Assembly: GCA_009781235.1 (NCBI GenBank)
Contig: WQYM01000001.1
Span: forward strand, 1 to 56,019
Source: Bacillota bacterium
Lineage (GTDB): Bacteria; Bacillota; Clostridia; Christensenellales; Pumilibacteraceae
Reading direction: 5' to 3'
Length of the DNA stretch: 56,019 nucleotides
The notes beneath the pieces were generated by a model. It saw only the letters and a list, made by a program, of their open reading frames with translations, did not search any database and was not told the origin of the DNA. The translations under genes were made by a program, and so were the position numbers. Numbering within the stretch: the first letter of the stretch is position 1; every line of letters starts with the position of its first letter. This document shows positions 52,490-56,019 of this stretch, piece after piece.

Positions 52490-53245
52490 TTACCCGAATC
52501 TTCCCGTAATATAATCGTTTGTCCTCTTGTCTTTCGGGGCCGAGAAGACCGACGAGCAGACGCCTTCCTCGATGAGGTCGCCTTTCAGCATAAACGCAAC
52601 GCGGTCGGAGACGCGCACCGCCTGCTGGGTGTTGTGCGGCGCGAGGATTACGGTAAGGCGGGATTTTAATTGCGTCAGGGCTTCCTCGATTTTTGCCGTA
52701 GAGATGGGGTCGAGCCCCGAACACGGGCGGTCTAATAATATTACCTCCGGGTCAAGCGCCAAAACCGTGGCGATGCACAGTCGCTGCTGCTGGCCGCCGG
52801 AAAGCGAGCCGGAGGGCAGCTTTAGCCGGTCGTTTACCTCGTCCCACAGCGCGGCCGTCGTCAACGCTTTTTCCACTATTTCTGAAAGCTTTTGCTTGTT
52901 TTTGATGCCGCTGCGGCGCGGGCCGTAAGAGACAAAATCGAAAATCGACAACGGAAGCGGCCGGGGGATGTCGAACACCATGCCCACTTTACGCCGCAGC
53001 TCCGTTACCACGCAGTCCGGAGCAAAAATATTTTCGCCGTTCAACAAAATCTCGCCCGTGTGGCGCGCCTCATGGTTTAGGTCGCACAGGCGGTTTATCG
53101 AGCGCAGCAACGTGGAAATCCCGCTGTTGGCAGGACCGATTACCGCCAAAATGGCGTTAGACTCGACCGTCAAGTTCAAATTCTTGATGACTTGCTTGTC
53201 GCCGTAGTAGAAGTTGAAATCTTTGATAACTATTTTAGGCATCAT
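52490..53245 (-). CDS. pstB: PstB-like phosphate ABC ATPase with degenerate catalytic motifs
   Basis: It is collinear with PstB (FYYG, LSGGQQQRLCIA, DYITGRFG). However Walker A reads GPANSGIS (no Lys) and Walker B reads ILLDRPCSGLD (Glu to Arg). The start was trimmed to ATG 53245. Confidence 0.85.
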   Translation of the reverse strand: MMPKIVIKDFNFYYGDKQVIKNLNLTVESNAILAVIGPANSGISTLLRSINRLCDLNHEARHTGEILLNGENIFAPDCVVTELRRKVGMVFDIPRPLPLSIFDFVSYGPRRSGIKNKQKLSEIVEKALTTAALWDEVNDRLKLPSGSLSGGQQQRLCIATVLALDPEVILLDRPCSGLDPISTAKIEEALTQLKSRLTVILAPHNTQQAVRVSDRVAFMLKGDLIEEGVCSSVFSAPKDKRTNDYITGRFG

Positions 53246-53291
53246 TGTGTGAGTCAATCTCCATTTGCAAAACATTGGCATTCGGTATCGT

Positions 53292-53736
53292 CGGGGTTCG
53301 GGGTTCGGGATTCGGAATTCGAAATTAGTTTTATGTATCAAGTTTTTTAATTAAGGCGTTTATCATTTGACCGATTCGGGCTACAAGACACAAGCAATCC
53401 TCAATATCAGTATCTGACAAATATCCTACATCTACACAAAGAAGACATTGAGTCTCCAGCTCGCAACTTGAGCTTCTTGATATGGCTAAAAACTGAATGT
53501 ATTCTTTCGTTGAGTTTCTAGAATGCCCTTCTGCAATATTCGACGGTATAGATACCGCGGCACGACACATTTGGCTTGTTAATCCGTATTGTTCGTTGCG
53601 CGGCAACCTCTTTGTAAGCAAATATACTCTTTTTACAAGTTCTCTACTTACTTGCCAAACTTCAAGCTCCTTGTAGTTTTTTATCACTTCTGAATCTCCC
53701 TAAATTCGAATCCCGAATCCCGAACCCCGAACCCCG
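53292..53736 (-). mobile_element. heptamer-armed element (GGGGTTC/CCCCGAA arms) carrying an intact four-helix-bundle gene
   Basis: The arms are 53292-53326 and 53702-53736, with 24 perfectly complementary bp plus a partial extension. It fills the pstA-pstB gap and ends 2 nt from the pstCA stop. Confidence 0.85.
53331..53687 (-). CDS. four-helix-bundle protein (23S rRNA intervening-sequence protein family)
   Basis: YKELEVWQ, YGLTSQMCRAAVSIPSNIAEGHSR, EYIQFLAISRSS..ELETQ. GTG start with an AGGGAGA RBS. Confidence 0.88.
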   Translation of the reverse strand: MIKNYKELEVWQVSRELVKRVYLLTKRLPRNEQYGLTSQMCRAAVSIPSNIAEGHSRNSTKEYIQFLAISRSSSCELETQCLLCVDVGYLSDTDIEDCLCLVARIGQMINALIKKLDT

Positions 53737-53738
53737 AC

Positions 53739-55880
53739 TTACCCCGCCTTCAAAAGCCTCTTCTTGCCCTTTTTGGTCGCCCGCGCATCGCGCCCCACAA
53801 AGCGGTTAAGAAGCGCGTTGAAACCAACGTTGATAATTAAAATTAAAATGATTAAGAGCGCGGCGGTTCCGTACGCCTTTTCCATCGAAATCCCCTCGTC
53901 CGCAAGGATAAAGAAATGGCTCGCCATCGTTCGCATCCTTAGCGCGGAGCCCGCCGTCAAAATGACGGCGGCGGTCTCGGCAACGCAGCGGCCGATTCCC
54001 AAAATTACGCCGTTCACAATGCCCCGAAGCGCCGTCGGGAACACCGCGTACAAAACCGTTTGCCACTTAGACGCGCCCAAACTAAAACTCGTTTCACGAT
54101 AGGAGTTCGGCACGGTTTTTATCGCCTCCTCAGACGTGCGGATGACGGTGGGCAATACCATAATCGCAAGCGTCAGCCCGCCGGACAGTGCGGAGAAGCC
54201 GAAAGCGGAAACAAATATGATGAAGCCGAACAACCCGTATACGATCGAGGGGATGCCCGCCAGCGACTCTACGGAAAAGCGGATGACGCGGGTCCAAATG
54301 TTCTCTTTTGTGTATTCCGCCAAATAAAACGCCGAACCTATGCCGAACGGTATTGATATAAGGAGCGCAAGCCCCGTAACCACAAACGTACTGACTATGG
54401 TGGCCGCAACGCCGCCCTCGCGCCCCATATCGCGCGGGTTTTGGGTGAGGAATTCCCAAGTAAGCTCGGGTACGCCCATAATCAAAAGATATACAATAAT
54501 CGCTATCAAAACCGCTAACACTAATACTGCGGCCGCCCAAATGATAACTTTAGCTGCCCTTTGCGTCGCGCGCGGGCTGGCGCGACGGCCGGCCTTATCG
54601 CCGGACGAAATTAAGGGCTGGGGGCGCGGCGGGCCTTGCGGCGCGGATTGCAACTGTGACGCCGAAATCTGCGGGGCGCCCGATGGGCCGCCCCCTACAA
54701 CGGCGGGGGCAAGGCCGCGCCCTACGGTTCCCGCATCCGCGTTTACATTTTGCGAAATCCCCGCGGTTTCCGTATCCGCATTTGTAGTTTGCGGATTGTA
54801 ATTTGTGATTTGCGCTTCCGGAGGCACTCCTCCGGCAACCGCGACCGCTAAGCTCGGCTTCTTTTTCCTCTTTTTCGCCGCCCCTTTCAGCTTATCGCGG
54901 GTAATATATTGGGCAATGCTGTTAATGAGCATGATAATCACAAACAACACGACGCCCGTCGCAAAAAGCGCCTGCTGGTGCTTACCCTCGGCATACCCCA
55001 TCTCAAGCCCGATATTGGTCGTCAAGGTACGCATCGGCGCCAAAATCGATTCGGGAAAAGCGGTTGCATTGCCGAGCACCATAATAACTGCCATCGTCTC
55101 GCCCACGGCGCGGCCGACGCCCAAAATAATGGAGGCGATGATGCCGGACTTTGCCGCCGGGATTTGGACGCGCCATATCGATTGCCATTGCGTCATCCCC
55201 AGTGCCAGCGCGCCCTCCTTATAGGGCTTCGGGAGCGACAGCAACGCGACCTCCGAAATGCTGATGACGGTGGGCAAAATCATAATCGCCAAAACGACGG
55301 AGCCCGCAAGCATACTAAGCCCCGGTCCGCCGATGAATTCACGGATAAAGGGGACGACAAAGATAAGGCCCACAAAGCCGTAGACCACCGACGGGATGCC
55401 GGCCAACAACTGAATCGCGGGGCGAAACGCGTTGCGGACTTTGTCCGGAGCGAATTCCGCCAAAAATATCGCGCAAGCCACCCCGATCGGGACGCCGATC
55501 ACAATCGCGCCCAACGTGACGAACAGGGTGCCTACGATCATGGGCAATATGCCGAATCCCCCTTTGGTGGGCGACCACTTAGAGCCGAACAAAAAGTCCC
55601 ACAGGCTGACCTCGCCAAAAAAGCCGGCTGCTTGCACGATAATAAATATGGTAATGAGCGCAAGCGCGGAAAGCGCGGAAAGCGCAAGCAAAAAGAAAAT
55701 GCGCCCGCTCAATTTCTCCTTAAACTTTCGGAAGCCTCCGGCGGGTTTTGTCGTTTGACCCGTCTCCGCCTTTTCGATGCCCACCGATTTAAGGTCTTGG
55801 CGCAGGGAAGAAACAAGCATGGCGACAAACGCCGCGCCGATAAGGCCTATGATTACCCACATCCACCATAATTTCATCAT
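53739..55880 (-). CDS. PstC-PstA fusion permease (713 aa) joined by a low-complexity, repeat-containing linker
   Basis: There are two permease halves, each with an EAA-like loop (first half EGALALGMTQWQSIWRVQIPAAKSGI; second half ETSFSLGASKWQTVLYAVFPTALRGI). The linker is at about 54569-54875. Confidence 0.85.
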   Translation of the reverse strand: MMKLWWMWVIIGLIGAAFVAMLVSSLRQDLKSVGIEKAETGQTTKPAGGFRKFKEKLSGRIFFLLALSALSALALITIFIIVQAAGFFGEVSLWDFLFGSKWSPTKGGFGILPMIVGTLFVTLGAIVIGVPIGVACAIFLAEFAPDKVRNAFRPAIQLLAGIPSVVYGFVGLIFVVPFIREFIGGPGLSMLAGSVVLAIMILPTVISISEVALLSLPKPYKEGALALGMTQWQSIWRVQIPAAKSGIIASIILGVGRAVGETMAVIMVLGNATAFPESILAPMRTLTTNIGLEMGYAEGKHQQALFATGVVLFVIIMLINSIAQYITRDKLKGAAKKRKKKPSLAVAVAGGVPPEAQITNYNPQTTNADTETAGISQNVNADAGTVGRGLAPAVVGGGPSGAPQISASQLQSAPQGPPRPQPLISSGDKAGRRASPRATQRAAKVIIWAAAVLVLAVLIAIIVYLLIMGVPELTWEFLTQNPRDMGREGGVAATIVSTFVVTGLALLISIPFGIGSAFYLAEYTKENIWTRVIRFSVESLAGIPSIVYGLFGFIIFVSAFGFSALSGGLTLAIMVLPTVIRTSEEAIKTVPNSYRETSFSLGASKWQTVLYAVFPTALRGIVNGVILGIGRCVAETAAVILTAGSALRMRTMASHFFILADEGISMEKAYGTAALLIILILIINVGFNALLNRFVGRDARATKKGKKRLLKAG

Positions 55881-56019
55881 TCGACGCCCGCCTCTTCTAT
55901 GATAATCAGCCCTTCTTTTCTCAGTATGTCTCTACCCGTTTCGGAAAGCACATAGTCGACAAATTCTTTTGCAAGCCCCACCGGCTCTTTTAAACAAACA
56001 AACAAAAACGGCCTCGAGA
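55877..56019 (-). CDS. pstS: phosphate-binding protein PstS, 3' end only (runs off the window)
   Basis: My own translation is ...SRPFLFVCLKEPVGLAKEFVDYVLSETGRDILRKEGLIIIEEAGVE*. Its TGA overlaps the pstC ATG. Confidence 0.7.
   Translation of the reverse strand, partial: SRPFLFVCLKEPVGLAKEFVDYVLSETGRDILRKEGLIIIEEAGVE

Noticed and set aside
53700-53736. GGTTCGAATCC-like strings suggesting tRNA T-arms (also at 31838).
   Set aside because: They are part of the CCCCGAA/GGGGTTC heptamer arrays. No acceptor or anticodon arms can be drawn.
54909-55871. Long plus-strand ORFs (320 aa here; also 18351-19139, 11801-12559, 2723-3334 and 41426-41983).
   Set aside because: They lie antisense to well-supported genes in GC-rich sequence. 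Their Arg/Ala/Pro-rich or low-complexity composition is typical of shadow ORFs.

Overview
This is a 56-kb chromosomal segment, probably from a moderately GC-rich Firmicutes/Clostridia-type anaerobe. That guess is an inference from the pth-mfd neighbourhood, a T-box leader, a Spo0A_C-like ORF and ferredoxin-dependent oxidoreductases. I support about 44 genes, nearly all on the minus strand. They are ftsH, an HD hydrolase, TPR proteins, an M20 amidohydrolase, uxaC plus an SDR, two GH3 glycosidases and one GH2, dus, mazG, MoxR-DUF58, YefM-YoeB, mfd, pth and a GPH-type transporter. There is also a DUF2130 + AAA_13 ATPase pair, an acyl-CoA synthetase - ilvE - four-subunit 2-oxoacid:ferredoxin oxidoreductase operon behind a T-box leader, two XRE regulators, and pstS - pstC/A fusion - pstB. 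No rRNA, tRNA or CRISPR array was seen. The most unusual feature is repeat colonisation. (1) A family of elements has arms made of tandem 7-nt units. The arm sequence differs from copy to copy but is usually self-complementary within a copy, and it flanks a core that starts with a conserved (A)TGGATGA motif. One copy carries an intact four-helix-bundle (23S rRNA IVS-protein family) gene, one carries a truncated one, and the rest look like gene-less derivatives. (2) Several copies sit in frame inside conserved genes (mfd several times, dus, the M20 amidohydrolase, a TPR protein). Others supply stop codons or C-terminal residues, form the tail of the DUF2130 protein, or appear in the linker that fuses pstC to pstA. 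(3) Three further palindromic repeat families are present (GTAGGGG REPIN-like doublets, TTGTCGGGGGGACGG units, a GGGTAACCCGGGG family). Other leads are listed here. The DUF2130 (PD-(D/E)xK-like) + RloC/PrrC-like AAA_13 ATPase module is translationally coupled to a sugar transporter and is a candidate defence module. A T-box-controlled operon looks like branched-chain amino acid synthesis by reductive carboxylation. A PstB lacks the Walker A lysine and the Walker B glutamate. A vWA/LRR lipoprotein gene is split by a roughly 107-nt hairpin element whose 51-nt block recurs at the window start. A possible structured sRNA lies at 23.9-24.07 kb. All functional calls rest on motifs read by eye, and no database search was run.
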